Notes: a model not told the origin generated them from the sequence alone. DNA of 64,000 nt from Rebecca billardiae RCC1528 (GCA_965240325.2 OZ251225.1:2046001-2110000), one strand, 5' to 3'. Shown: positions 32,094 through 46,530, numbered from the stretch's first letter. Made by a program: numbers and translations.

Positions 32094-35000
32094 TGATGTT
32101 TATTCCGCCTTACCAGTTCCCCGGTCACGCAGGGGCTTATGACAGTGTCCCTGCGGACGTCGTCAGCAGCGCCGTCCGTGCGGACGAGCGGGCGGTGTCG
32201 GTCCTCAGAAACGGATACAAAAGCGGTGAGCGGCAAACGGCCGCCATACGTAACTGGCAGCGCAGCTTTCGCCTGCAGCTCTGCAGGCAGTGCCCAGGAT
32301 ACTTCGACCATCCGGACGGTTGGAGCCAACCGCCTGGAGAAGAAAAGAAATCGTGCACGTAGGAAATTCGGGATTAATACAACACCCCCCCTCGACATCA
32401 TGCCGAAGGCGGCGGAGGTGGTGGAACAGCATGCAGTATCGCCACGACGTGTTTGAGAAAAGTACTCGTCGCGGTAGCCTTGGTCATGATGTCGGACCGG
32501 TTGTCGTCGGTCGGCACCTTCTGGATCAGCACGGCGCCGTCGGCTTGCGCGCGCCGCGTGAAATGGTACTTCACGTCAATGTGCTTGGTGCGCTTGTGGT
32601 GCACCGGGTTGTTCGTCAAATCGATCGTGCCCTGGTTATCCTCGTAGATCACCGTCGTGGGCTCCACGACCGGCTCGTTCAAAAACGTGACCAGGTCGCG
32701 CAGGTAGATCACCTCGCGGCAGCACTCGCTCAGCGCGATGTACTCCGCCTCGCACGTAGACAACGCGACCACGCTCTGCAGTCCGCTGTGCCACGAGATC
32801 GGGACCCCGTTGTACATAACAAGGTATCCCGTCGTAGAACGTCGATCTTCGCGATCGTTCGCCCAGTCCGAGTCCGCGTACGCCACCAAATCAGGGTGTT
32901 GTTCGTGCGTCGCGTGCCGGAAGAGGATGCCGCGCCGACGCGTGCCGAGCAAGTATCGGAGCGTGCGCTTCGCAGCGGTCAAGTCGTAGAGCCGGGGATT
33001 GGACATCCGGCGTGCCAGCATGTTCACGGCGTGTGCGATGTCGGGGCGACACGTCGTCATGCAGTACATGAGGGCACCGGTCATCTCTGGTAGTGCTGGC
33101 GGTCAGCGCGCAGCAGGAGGGCTTGCAGCGGGCGGGGGATCTCGCGCGTCTCGCTGCACTCGGGGGTCGGTGGGTGGCGCTCTCCACTCAGGTGGAAGCG
33201 CTCGCACACATCACCGATGTACTGATTCAGGTGGGTATAAAGTCCGTCCACCGTGGTCTCAAATTCGGCGCCAAGGAACTTGCTCAGGCAGTCCGCGCCC
33301 TGCATCTCGTAGTGCGTCAACAACGCCGTCATCAGCGCGTCCAACGCGGACTTGTCCTTCGAGATGTTCATCATCAGCAGGTCGTCGACAAAGTGTCCGA
33401 CGAACACGTAGCCGCCATCGACTGCCTTCGAGTAGATGCACGGCGCGCTCGGGCACGGCTCGAACCCATGTTCGAGCAAACACTTCCGCAAGTGTAGGTA
33501 CCACACGCGCCCGGCCTGGCGCATGCCAGGGAGCGCCTTCACAAACTTCGCGACCACCTTCGAGCCGAGCGGCGTCGAGCTCTTCGCGGTGTAGCCAGGC
33601 GGGAGCGGTGTCATCACCTCCTCGCCCTCCGGCAGGTCGCTGTTCAGGTATGCGTGCCGCACGTCGGCGGGTCGCATCTCCACGATCTTGGCGCTCGCCG
33701 CGTCCGTCATCGAGACGCCTTTGGCCTTGAGCGCGACCGCGAGCATCAGCCGCAGCTGTTCTGGTCGTATCGTCGGGGCGAACACCTCATTGAAGTCGAT
33801 GCCCTCGCGCTGGCGGAACCCCTGGGTTACCAGCCGCGCCTTGAACTTGATCACTTCGCCATCGGGAAGCGTCTTCACGTCGAACACCCACTTGACAGGA
33901 ATCGTCCTCGTGTTGTCCGGCACAATCACCTCGAAGAACGTGTGTCTCACGCCGTGCGCGTCGAGGTGGTCGTGGCAGGCCTGCATCCAGAGCTTGGCCT
34001 CGGGCGACTTCATCGCCTCGTCCCACGTCGTGGGGATGGTGATCGGCACACCATTCATCCGCGCGATCGTCGTCGCAGCGAATGCCTCGAAGCTGTTCTC
34101 CTCGGTAGGTTCCTCGCCCGCGGCCTGGAACGCTGCCTCGGTCACAGCCTGCACCGTCTGCGCGGCGGGTCTGCTCCGCGTCGCTCGGTCTCGTCGCATC
34201 GGGTCGTAGTCGCGCGGCAGCTCGGGCGCCGCGGACTCACCAGCTCGTGCGTCGTCATCGCCTCCGGCGTCATCGCCGTCGGCGCTCGGTCGCGCAGCTT
34301 CGCTCGCCGCGCCACCGTCGTCATGAGCAGCAGCGCCGCCGTCATCGGCCGCGCCGTCCTCAATCTCAAAATGCTCGTCGCCCTCGCCGGTGAGCTCGCC
34401 GTCAGCGGCGTCCCCCAGCTCAGTCTCGGGCTCGGCATTGTCATCGCTGGCCGCGAATGGAGTGTGCCTCCCCTCGACCAGCGACCGCTCATCAATGATG
34501 TACACGTCCTTTGAGTGTATCACCTGCTGCTGCCCGTCATCGAGCAGCACCTCGCGCCCCGTCCAGCTGTCCTCTCGCGAGGATGGTCGGGGCGCTCGCA
34601 GCATCGGTCTCAGCGGATGCCGTGAAGGGTAGGCATCGTTGCCACTCCCATCATCATCGAGCTCGTGCTCGACGTTGTCGATCACGGGGACCGTCCAGGC
34701 CCCCGCCGCGGTGTCGTCACCGCAAGTGCCACACGCGGGCACGTCAATGCTTGCGCGGTTCGTACCGCGCGCGCAGCCGCCCTGCAGGCGGAGGACATTC
34801 GAGGTTGCGTAACGGATGTCCTTCTGGTAGTCACCGAACTCGTACACCACGCCGTGCGTGGGCATCTGGTTCGTCAGTGCGCTTTCACTCGGCTGCTCGA
34901 TGCAGAGCGCGCTGCACGCGAGCATCATTGCCCGCGCGTTCGTCGCGACACCCGCGGCGCTGCGACCGGCTGGATGGGCCATGCCCGGCGGTCCGTGGTT

Positions 35001-35308
35001 TCACACGTTTGAGCTCATGATGTTTATTCCGCCTTACCAGTTCCCCGGTCACGCAGGGGCTTATGACAGTGTCCCTGCGGACGTCGTCAGCAGCGCCGTC
35101 CGTGCGGACGAGCGGGCGGTGTCGGTCCTCAGAAACGGATACAAAAGCGGTGAGCGGCAAACGGCCGCCATACGTAACTGGCAGCGCAGCTTTCGCCTGC
35201 AGCTCTGCAGGCAGTGCCCAGGATACTTCGACCATCCGGACGGTTGGAGCCAACCGCCTGGAGAAGAAAAGAAATCGTGCACGTAGGAAATTCGGGATTA
35301 ATACAACA
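32094..35308 (-). mobile_element. RT/RNaseH-only Copia LTR element, copy 2 (intact boundaries, 3.2 kb)
   Basis: 291-bp LTRs at 32094-32384 and 35018-35308 with no difference seen. TSD GAATA at 32089-32093 and 35309-35313. A PPT (C-run on the + strand) abuts 32384. Confidence 0.93.
32398..34982 (-). pseudogene. pol: Copia RT-RNaseH ORF with a 1-bp frameshift at about 33085
   Basis: Same protein as 21321-23650, continuing to a complete RNase H (YEDNQG...TKHIDVKYHF...NRSDIMTK). It reads taccagagatg where copy 1 reads taccaggagatg. Confidence 0.88.
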
Positions 35309-36413
35309 GAATAAGAGACGCACACAGCTCAGGCAGGCGAGATCGACGCCCGCCAACTGTCACCGCCCATGAAGCCGTCGCCTGATGGCTGCGCCGCCGG
35401 AAAATTCGTTCAGCCGTCCGCCTGCGAGGCCTGGATGAGGGCTGCGGCCGTCTCGCGGCGCGCCAGCGCCCGTCGTCCTTGCCCCACCGTCGTCCACAGT
35501 GCCCACGCTGCGGGCCGCCACGCTGCGCGCTCCGCCCTGCACCGCGGGCCAAAATACAATATATTTATTGATATAATTACTATTATAAAAATACTACAAT
35601 AATACATCTCAGCAGCCCGCCGGCGGGACGGGCTGCGACGTCGACTACAACCTCATCCGCTTCATCGCCCCGAGCGCACTAGGCGGCGCGCTCACTCTCC
35701 AAGCCCCTCTTCTGCAGCTGCGCGCCGCTTGGCCGCGGCGCGCGGCGACGCGTTCGCGTACTACGACCTCATCCTCATCCAGGCGCCCACGCGGGCGCAC
35801 GGGGACGACAGCCGCGACTGCCGCCTGCCGCAGCTGCTCGCCACTAGGTCGGCGGGCGGCGACATCGACTACGACCTCACCCTTATTAGCACCCAAGTGC
35901 TCCGGAAGGCGCTCGGCCGCGGCGGCATCTGCCGTCGCCGCCGCGACCCGCGTGCCCCAAGCCGAGGGCGAGCCGGACTGGCGGTGCTCCATCCCGGCCC
36001 CGCTCCCGTACAGCAAGCTAGGGGGGCAGGGCTGCGGGGGGCGCACTGCCTGACCTGGTCGGAAGGCGCGGACGCATTCTATGTGTCTGCTGCACTCTGA
36101 GCCTGACGCTTCACGCGTGATGCCCGTCGTTGCATACCACGCGGACGAGTGACGTGCGTCGTTAAAAATATTATATATATATATATATGTAGTGCGCGAG
36201 GTACAATTATAATAAATTACAATGACCCGCTAGCCGCGAGTAGTGAGTGCTAGTTACTAGGTGGGCCCACAGCTATTAAAAATAAATGAAAACACACTTG
36301 TAATCTCTCTGGCTTTTTCGGACCGCAGCCGTGCGGCCCGTGCGCCGCGTGCGCGCTCTTTTTCTCGCGCGCTGAAGTCCGCCCGCCTTTTTCCAGGCCG
36401 CCAACTCCCGGGT

Positions 36414-38688
36414 CCCCGGCGTTAGACTGCCCTGAGGGCAACGGGGCTTATACTGCCCTGACCCAGGCGCCGCGTTTCGGCCCGCACTGGTGCGCGGCCA
36501 GGGCAGGCCAAGGCGGCTGCCCTGACCTCTCGTCTCGGCAGGCTGTCCGTGGGCTCCGACGGGCGACGGCTCCGCTCCTCGCGTGCGACGCTTTCCGCCA
36601 ATCGCGATACCGGCCCGCCCACCCCGCGTTGAAGCGCGCTGGTGCACGAGCTCGCATGTCGAGCGCCATGGACGCTCTACGTTGGGCAGCGCCTCGCTCG
36701 CTCGCGCCTGTGGTGCCGCGCAAGCACGCGCGCGCGCATGCTCAAGAGCCGCCGCCCGACAGGGCACATGCACGCACGCGAGAGCACTGCCCTGCTGCTG
36801 ACGAGCGCAGTGGCTCGCATCTCGCAGGATGCGACGAATCCGATGTTTGCTTTCACCGCCTTGGAGCCCTCTCGCGCGTGGCCACCACAAGCACGCGCGT
36901 GCGCACGCACTGAGCAGCGCAGCGCAACACGGCGCGTGTGCTCTTCTCGCGCTGCCATCCATCTCCCGACGCAGAGGGCTCGAGCCTGTGCGCGCGCCTT
37001 GCCCTGCAGATGTGCGTATGCTCGCTGAACAGATCCGTGGGGGCGCCGAGCAGTCTGCGCCCACGCCGCCGACTGCTCAGGGCGGTGCAGGTTGGGGGAT
37101 CAGCTTGAGAGTTGGCCGTGCGCCGCTGCTGCAGAGCTTAAGTCTCCTGGGACGCAGCCCTGGCGGCGCTGGGGGCGCGCATGGCGCGCGCTCGTACGGC
37201 CGTGGATGCGGCCGTGCAGGCCGAAGCCGCGTCTGGGCAGCCGCGAGAGAGCGCGTGGCGCCCTCCCATGCCGCGCGCCTCGCTCGCGCCACGTTCGCCT
37301 CGTCTCAGGCCAGCGCGTACGCGCACGCGTGCGCGAGCGCCAGCCGTGCGCGCAGCCAACTGTCATCAGCTCGCGCCGGCGCGGGCCGCTGTGCGGTCGG
37401 CGTGAGTCAGGCGATCCGCCGGGTGAGGTTGAGATCTCGTTGGTGCTAAGCAGCTAAGCAAATGACCTCGTCTAGCATGAGCTCGCTCACGCCCCGTGCG
37501 GAAGCTACGCCGTTCTCCTTTCGACGTGCATATCTGAGGTGTTCCAAGACTTGTGTGCGCTGAGCACAAGCTGCGTACGCATCGTCACATGACAGCACGG
37601 GCGCGGGGGCACGGGGGCGCGAGCGCGACGATGCGAGAAGCAGTTTACACGTCAACGACATCTCTAACTCATCCAATGGCTCACCCGGCGGCTCGCCTGA
37701 CTCACGCCGACCGCACAGCGGCCCGCACCCGCGCGAGCTGATGACAGTTGGCTGCGCGCACGGCTGGCGCTCGCGCTCGCGTGCGCGTACGCGCTGACCT
37801 GAGACGAGGCGAACGTGGCGCGAGCGAGGCGCGCGGCATGGGAGAGCGCCACGCGCTCCCTCGCGGCTGCCCAGACGCGGCTTCGGCCTGCACGGCCGCA
37901 TCCACGGCCGTACGAGCGCGCGCCATGCGCGCCCCCAGCGCCGCCAGGGCTGCGTCCCAGGAGACTTAGGCTCTGCAGCAGCGGCGCAAGGCCAACTCTC
38001 AAGCTGATCCCCCAACCTGCACCGCCCTGAGCAGTCGGCGGCGTGGGCGCAGACTGCTCGGCGCCCCCACGAATCTGTTCAGCGAGCATACGCACATCTG
38101 CAGGGCAAGGCGCGCGCACAGGCTCGAGCCCTCTGCGTCGGGAGATGGATGGCAGCGCGAGAAGAGCACACGCGCCGTGTTGCGCTGCGCTGCTCAGTGC
38201 GTGCGCACGCGCGTGCTTGTGGTGGCCACGCGCGAGAGGGCTCCAAGGCGGTGAAAGCAAACATCGGATTCGTCGCATCCTACGAGATGCGAGCCACTGC
38301 GCTCGTCAGCAGCAGGGCAGTGCTCTCGCGTACGTGCATGTGCCCTGTTGGGCGGCGGCTCTTGAGCATGCGCGCGCGCGCGCGCGCGGCTCCACAGGCG
38401 CGAGCGAGCGAGGCGCTGCCCAACGTAGAGCGTCCATGGCGCTCAACATGCGAGCTCGTGCACCAGCGCGCTTCAACGCGGGGTGGGCGGGCCGGTATCG
38501 CGATTGGCGGAAAGCGTCGCACGCGAGGAGCGGAGCCGTGTCGGAGCCCACGGACAGCCTGCCGAGACCTGAGAGGTCAGGGCAGCCGCCTTGGCCTGCC
38601 CTGGCCGCGCCCCAGTGCGGGCCGAAACGCGGCGCCTGGGTCAGGGCAGTATAAGCCCCGTTGCCCTCAGGGCAGTCTAACGCCGGGG
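36414..38688. repeat. About 1-kb-arm fold-back inverted repeat
   Basis: 36414-37427 is the reverse complement of 37680-38688 with scattered mismatches; spacer about 250 bp. Confidence 0.92.
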
Positions 38689-38975
38689 CTCCCGGGTCCG
38701 GTAAGCCGGTCGATCGCGAAAACGATGACTCTGACCCATTCTATGATTTAACGACACAGGTAGGACGGCGCAGGTCTCCTGATTCGTCGTCGGCAGTGCC
38801 CGATCGTCGACACGAAGTCGGCGCTGGTGGCAGAGCATAGCCTGAACCGCGATCGAATGGCTTGAGCGCGGCCTTGAGCTGCTGGAGCGCGATCCACCTG
38901 CGCTGCGCGGCTCGCATGGACCTGCTGTGCCCCGAGCGAGGGCGAGGGTGCAGGTCCGGATGTCAGACGGCCGTC

Positions 38976-39761
38976 TCAGCCGCTGGGCCCTGGCGGGTGA
39001 TCCGGCGGTGATGTAGTCGTCCCCGTGTGCCCTGCGCGGCCGCGTGCGCGCTTGCCGCTCTGCTCAGCTGGCTTGCTGGCGGCGGCTGGCGCTGCTGCGG
39101 CGTGCAGGGTACGCTTTGCCCCCGACTGCTGCGCATCCTCGTCGTCCGAGTCGTCGTCCATGGACGAGTCTCGGTCCGCGTGGGGGACAGCAGCTGGAGC
39201 AGGCGCAGGTGCTGCGGGCAGAGAGGCCGCCAGCCGCGCCGCCTTGCGCTCCTGGCGTTTCTCGACGGCGCGCCGCGACGAGGTGCGGCGGCTCGATGGA
39301 GATCGAATCCGCCTGCCTTGCGCGTCACGCCGAGGCCCGCGCTTCCCGCGCCGAGGCTTCTTCTTCCGCTTCTGAGAGTGCTGCTGCTCGCCGTTTGCAG
39401 CCTGCACTCCAGTACCCGAGCCCTGCGCGGCGAGCGCGCGCGCCGGCGGAGCCGACTTGCGCGCTCGGCGCGGGGCGGGATGCAGGGGAGCTTTAGAAGG
39501 CGCGCCACCACCTCCCTCGCGCCGCTGGCTGCCACCAGCGGGGGTTCCCTGTGGAGAAGCATCAGGCCCTTGTGCATCAGGCGGACGCACAGACACCGTC
39601 AGACGGACACTCCCATCTGGCAGGAGGGAGATGTGCACCGCGCGCGGGAGGCCGTCGGCGGCGGTGAGCCTTGCTGCGTCACGCCAAAGGCGGACGTAGA
39701 GGCGCACCCAACGATCCGACAGCCCCTCGGGCAGCAGCGCAGTCACGTCGAGGTCGTCCAT
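38976..39761 (-). CDS. Hypothetical basic/low-complexity protein inside the TIR element
   Basis: ORF MDDLDVTALLPEGLSDRWVRLYVRLWRD... with an NLS-like KRKKKPRRGKRG and an acidic patch; no domain recognised. Confidence 0.35.
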   Translation of the reverse strand: MDDLDVTALLPEGLSDRWVRLYVRLWRDAARLTAADGLPRAVHISLLPDGSVRLTVSVRPPDAQGPDASPQGTPAGGSQRREGGGGAPSKAPLHPAPRRARKSAPPARALAAQGSGTGVQAANGEQQHSQKRKKKPRRGKRGPRRDAQGRRIRSPSSRRTSSRRAVEKRQERKAARLAASLPAAPAPAPAAVPHADRDSSMDDDSDDEDAQQSGAKRTLHAAAAPAAASKPAEQSGKRARGRAGHTGTTTSPPDHPPGPSG

Positions 39762-39900
39762 GCGAGCGTCGCCATGTACACGTGACTCCCTCATTGACCG
39801 GGATGGAACGACTGCGGTCCGAAAAAGCCAGAGAGATCGATTGATATATGTATAGTGTTTTCATTTTTAATAATGGCTGTGGGCCCACCTAGCTATAACT

Positions 39901-39944
<44 letters not shown>

Positions 39945-40130
39945 TATACTGGACTACGGACAGGAACCTTACTCGGTACTCGACCCGTCGGGGCGCGGAA
40001 CGGTTCAAAGCAGCCGTTATTTGAGGGCGATCGACCGTCTTCGCATGATGCAGCCATGGCCCGGTGCACGTGGCTGTGATGGCGCCATCGCCACGGGAAG
40101 CAGCCCGCGCGCTATCGGTGATCAGTCTCA

Positions 40131-42216
<2,086 letters not shown>

Positions 42217-43679
42217 TTATATGACGCGGGTACGGTACATAGCGGGATCCGCGCTTTTTCATATCGATTTCTCGGCCATCCTCATGATGATCGGCAGCCG
42301 AGCGCTTCGGCCCTTGGGCGCTGAAGGTGCGCACCCACGACGCGACGATGGTTCTCCAAGCAAGGAAAAGAACATCGTCATTCTGAGAAATCGACAGTCG
42401 ATCTCCGCCGATGCTAAAAAGTTCAATTCCCCTGTAAAAGTTCTGGACTGAGCGCTCTGCCGCGCTCTTGATTGATCACCGCGACTGCCGCCGGGAGCCG
42501 CGTGCCGGCTGCACCTTCACACGAGGCGGCGGCGACGAGCGCGTGCCGGCCACGCGCTCCAGCTCGGACTCAGCGTGGCGCGTCGCCGCGACCGTGGCCG
42601 CGCCGCCGCGGTAGAACACGCCTTTTGGCACGCTGGGCCAGTTCGTCGAGGCCGCTTTGGGCCCAGCCCATGGGGGCCGCTTCGCCTCAGCGCAAAGACG
42701 GAGCTGTGAAGTTCCGCGTGGCTCGGCGGACGGACGCGCTCGACGAGTCGTCGGTGCGCCCGCACCAGACGCGCCCGCTGCAGCTTGCCCCGCATCACAC
42801 GACTCGCACGCAGCCCTCGCCAACTCGCCAGCATCCGCGCCGCCGCCGCGTCGAGCTTGGCGCTGTCATGAGCGGCAAGCAGCTCGAGCTGTGCGGCGAT
42901 CCGCCGGATATCCTCGAAGCGGCGCACGCCCAGCTGCGGCAGCGACGAGGCATCGACGCGGATCAGACGCTTCCCACCCACCCGGTTCGTGCCGAACACG
43001 TCCGTGTACACGGCGAGGTCCTCACCGCCCTCGCTCGTCGCCAGGCCGCCAATCGCGAGCTCAAGCGCTGCGCTCTCGCTGAGGCCGCTACCGTACGCGC
43101 GGCTCAGGCTGCTCTGCATGCGCGGGCCCGCTGCGCTCGACAGATCACGCGCCACACGCTCGCGCGTCCGCGACCGCGCGCCATCTGAGCTCGTCTGTGG
43201 ACGGCTTGCGCGATCGTCCGATTCGGCCGCACGCAGCTCGTTGCCGTATGGTGAGGCCAGCCAGCGCTCGGGGTCGCCGAGCACGCCGTGGTGGTGGGTC
43301 ACTCGCCAACGCGCGTCTGCTGTCCACGGCCGGCGCGGCAAGGCGAGGATGCTGGATTCTGCGGTCACTGACGGCCACTGCAAGATACTTGCTCCACGCC
43401 GACCGAACAATCATCACGCCGCCATTGTGTGCGCCGCCTCCTCGCGCGCATGAGGCCATCCCACCGAAATCATATACGCTGCAGGGGGACCACCCTTGGC
43501 AGGCCTGGGGCAAGGGAGTTCCCCCCCCCCAAGACGGGCCCGGCCCGTGATGTGCGCAGCGGAGGCGCGCGGTCGAAGTCGCGCTTTCGCCGCGTCTAAG
43601 CACATCGCCCCCCCCGTGGACGCTGACTCAAGCCGCACCCACCCCAGCGCGGCGATCCCACGCCAGGGAGGGCGGGCGG

Positions 43680-44138
43680 GAGGCGGAGGAGCGCCGCTGG
43701 CTGTCCGTGAGTGTGCCGGCGCCGCCGCGGCCTGCCGCCCGGGGGCCCCGGGCCCGGGCGGGGCCGCTGTGCTCAGGCGTCGGCCGGGGCAGGGTGCGCC
43801 GGGGGGCAGTCGCGGCGGAAGCGGTCGGCTGCACGACGTGGGCTGCCCTGACCGGCCCCGAAGGTGCGCCTGTCACGCCGAGGGTCGGCCCGCCTGCAGG
43901 TACGCTCACTTTCCGCTTGGTACCCGCGCCGCAAAGGCGAGCTGCTTTCGACTCACATCTCGTCACCGTGCGGTCACTCCGGCGATGCCGCTGCGAGCGC
44001 CGAGCCCGCGTCCGGCCAGGTATACGCCCACCTAGCGGGGAGGGGCACGGGCGGCGGCGGAGCAGCAACGCGGCAGTCATAACGCGATAACCGCCGCGGA
44101 CTGCCAAACCCACCACTCCCGTCGCGTCGGCCATCGCC
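43680..44138 (+). repeat. About 460-bp dispersed direct repeat, copy 1
   Basis: Near-identical to 47966-48426. Confidence 0.9.
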
Positions 44139-45871
44139 CCATAACCGCGCGCGCGTCGCGCTCCTTCTGGCGATCCGGTGTTTACGATAGGCGGATGCAG
44201 GGGTTGCCTGGGGCCGCCAGTCGCCACGGGGGGGGGCAGGGCGGCGAGGCAGCGCCCGCCCAAAGAGGCGCAGCGCCAGGCGCCACGCCGGCGTGGCCGG
44301 CGTCGGCCGGCGCGGCCGAGGCCAGGCCCGGCCCCGACCCCCAGAGGCGCAGCGCCCTGCCCACCACCACGCCGCACGCCGCCGGTGTGAGGCCGCGGAG
44401 CGGCGGACTGGGTGCCCCCCCCCCCTCCCCCCCAGCGCTCAGCCCCTGCCAGAGGTCGCCGAGAGCCCGCAGCGACCGGCGGACCACAGGACCACTGGCG
44501 TAACCCGCCCGTCGTCGCGCGCCGGCACAGGCCAGGCGAAGCGCTGCAGGTGACCCGCAGGCCACGCCGTCCACTTGCCCGACGAAACCGCCCAGCAGCA
44601 CGCGCGCACCGCCGCCGCCGCCGCCGGCCGGCGAGAGCGCATGCGCCCGAGCCGTCGCGGAACACACCCGAGCCGACATGAGGCGCAGGTATCGACGTCG
44701 GCTTGCCGACAACGTCGTCAACCACGCGCCTGCAGACCGCACGAGCGCCCGTGAAAGCGCGCCGAAAAGGGGCGTGCGAGGTGACGCGCACGGTGCGCGA
44801 ATGGTGATGGCCGTGCGGCGCACGAATGACGATCGGTGCGCGCGCACGATGAGCGGTGCACGCGCGGGCGGATCGGAGCGCGCGCATGATAAACGGCGCA
44901 TGATACTCGGCGCGCGCGCATGACGGCGCGCGCGCATGATGATCGGCGCTGGTCGGTGCGCGCGCATGATGATCGTCACGCGATGATCGGCGCGCGCGCA
45001 TGACCATGCGCGCGCGTGACGAATTCGCCGCAACGGCTCGCGCGAGAGGCACAAGGCGATTGACGATGAACGCGACCACGTTCGAGCGCTCGAGCGAAGC
45101 AGGAGGTGATGAGTGAGGAAGATGGCACAGGAATGGGAGAGGAACGCGTGGCGCGTGGCGGGAAGGGCCAGGCACGCTCGGCGTGAGGAAAGGAACGCGC
45201 GTAGAAACGGAACGGAACGGAAAGCAGCGGTTCGAGCGATAGACAGGAGGTGATTGACGATGATGAGCGCGTCCGCGCTCGAGCGACGCAGAAGGTGACG
45301 AGCGAGGAAGACCAAGGCCAGGCGAAAGCGCCGCAGGTGGCCAGCGGGCCACGTCGCTTTTCGCGCCCGAAAACGCCCAGCAGCGCGCGCGCCCCGCTGC
45401 AGTGGCAGCCGACCGGCGAGAGCTGCATCCGCCAGAGCCGCCACGCGGCGCAGGTATCAACGCCGGCCCGCCGACAACGTCGTCCCCGACACCCCGGCCA
45501 CAGACACCACGTACACCCATGTAAGCGCGCCGAAAGGTGCGCGCGAGGATGGCGCACTCGGCACCCGAATGATGATGATGGTTGCGCGGAGCACGAATGA
45601 TGATCGGCGCGCGCGGGTATCAACGCCAGCCCGCCGACGACGTCGTCCCCCACGCCCCGGCCACAGACACCACGTACGCCCATGTAAGCGCGCCGAAAGG
45701 TGTGTGCGATGATGGCACGCTCGGCACCCGGATGATGATGCGATGGTTACTCTGAGCACGAAGTGATGATCGGCGCGCGCACATGATGATGATCGGCGCG
45801 CGCGCATGAGAAGACAGGTGCGAGTGACGCGCGGAGAAGATGCGCGCGGAGACGATAGGCGCGGAGGACAT

Positions 45872-46392
45872 AGGCGCAAGTAACGCGCGGAGGAGATAGG
45901 CGCAAGTAACGCGCGGAGAAGATAGGCGCAAGTAACGCGCGGAGAAGATATAGTAGGCGCAAGTAACGCGCGGAGACAGGCGCAAGTAACGCGCGGAGAA
46001 GATAGGCGCAAGTAAACGCGCGGAGAAGATATAGTAGGCGCAAGTAACGCGCGGAGACAGGCGCAAGTAACGCGCGGAGAAGTAGATAGTATAGGCGCAA
46101 GTAACGCGCGGAGGAGGTATAGGCGCAAGTGACGCGCGGAGACAGGCGCAAGTAACGCGCGGAGAAGATAGGCGCAAGTAAACGCGCGGAGAAGATATAG
46201 TAGGCGCAAGTAACGCGCGGAGACAGGCGCAAGTAACGCGCGGAGAAGTAGATAGTATAGGCGCAAGTAACGTGCGGAGGAGGTATAGGCGCAAGTGACG
46301 CGCGAAGACAGGCGCAAGTAACGCGCGGAGAAGTAGATAGTAGGCGCAAGTAACGCGCGGAGATGAGATAGGCGCAAGTGACGCGCGGAGAA
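45872..46392. repeat. Minisatellite, about 19 copies of aggcgcaagtaacgcgcggag with short variable linkers
   Basis: Direct inspection; unit 23-34 bp. Confidence 0.95.
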
Positions 46393-46444
46393 GATAGGGT
46401 GCGCACACGATGATCGGCGCATGATGATCGGCGCGCGCGCGAGG

Positions 46445-46530
46445 GATAGACAGATAGACAGATAGACAGATAGACAGATAGACAGATAGACAGATAGACA
46501 GATAGATAGACAGATAGATAGACAGATAGA
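46445..46530. repeat. (GATA/GACA)n microsatellite
   Basis: gatagacagatagaca... Confidence 0.95.

Larger units (their letters stand above)
36251..39901. mobile_element. Putative 3.65-kb TIR element near (TA)n tracts
   Basis: Inverted termini of about 47 bp: tagttactaggtgggcccacagctattaaaataaatgaaaacac and gtgttttcatttttaataatggctgtgggcccacctagctataacta. No TSD or transposase recognised. Confidence 0.55.

Noticed and set aside
21005-35308. One giant element bounded by the two inverted Copia copies
   Set aside because: Copy 2 has its own TSD and both LTRs, so it is an independent insertion.
35640-36000. Possible degenerate LRR-like fragment (DYNLI / YYDLI / DYDLT)
   Set aside because: The frames are broken and the spacing does not fit an LRR consensus well enough.
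42517-43410. 297-aa minus-strand ORF upstream of the kinase
   Set aside because: No recognisable motif, a non-ATG start, and competing ORFs in other frames. It could be a gene remnant but I cannot support it.
45872-46392. CRISPR-like array
   Set aside because: The spacers are only 2-13 bp and recur, there are no cas genes, and the context is eukaryotic. It is a minisatellite.
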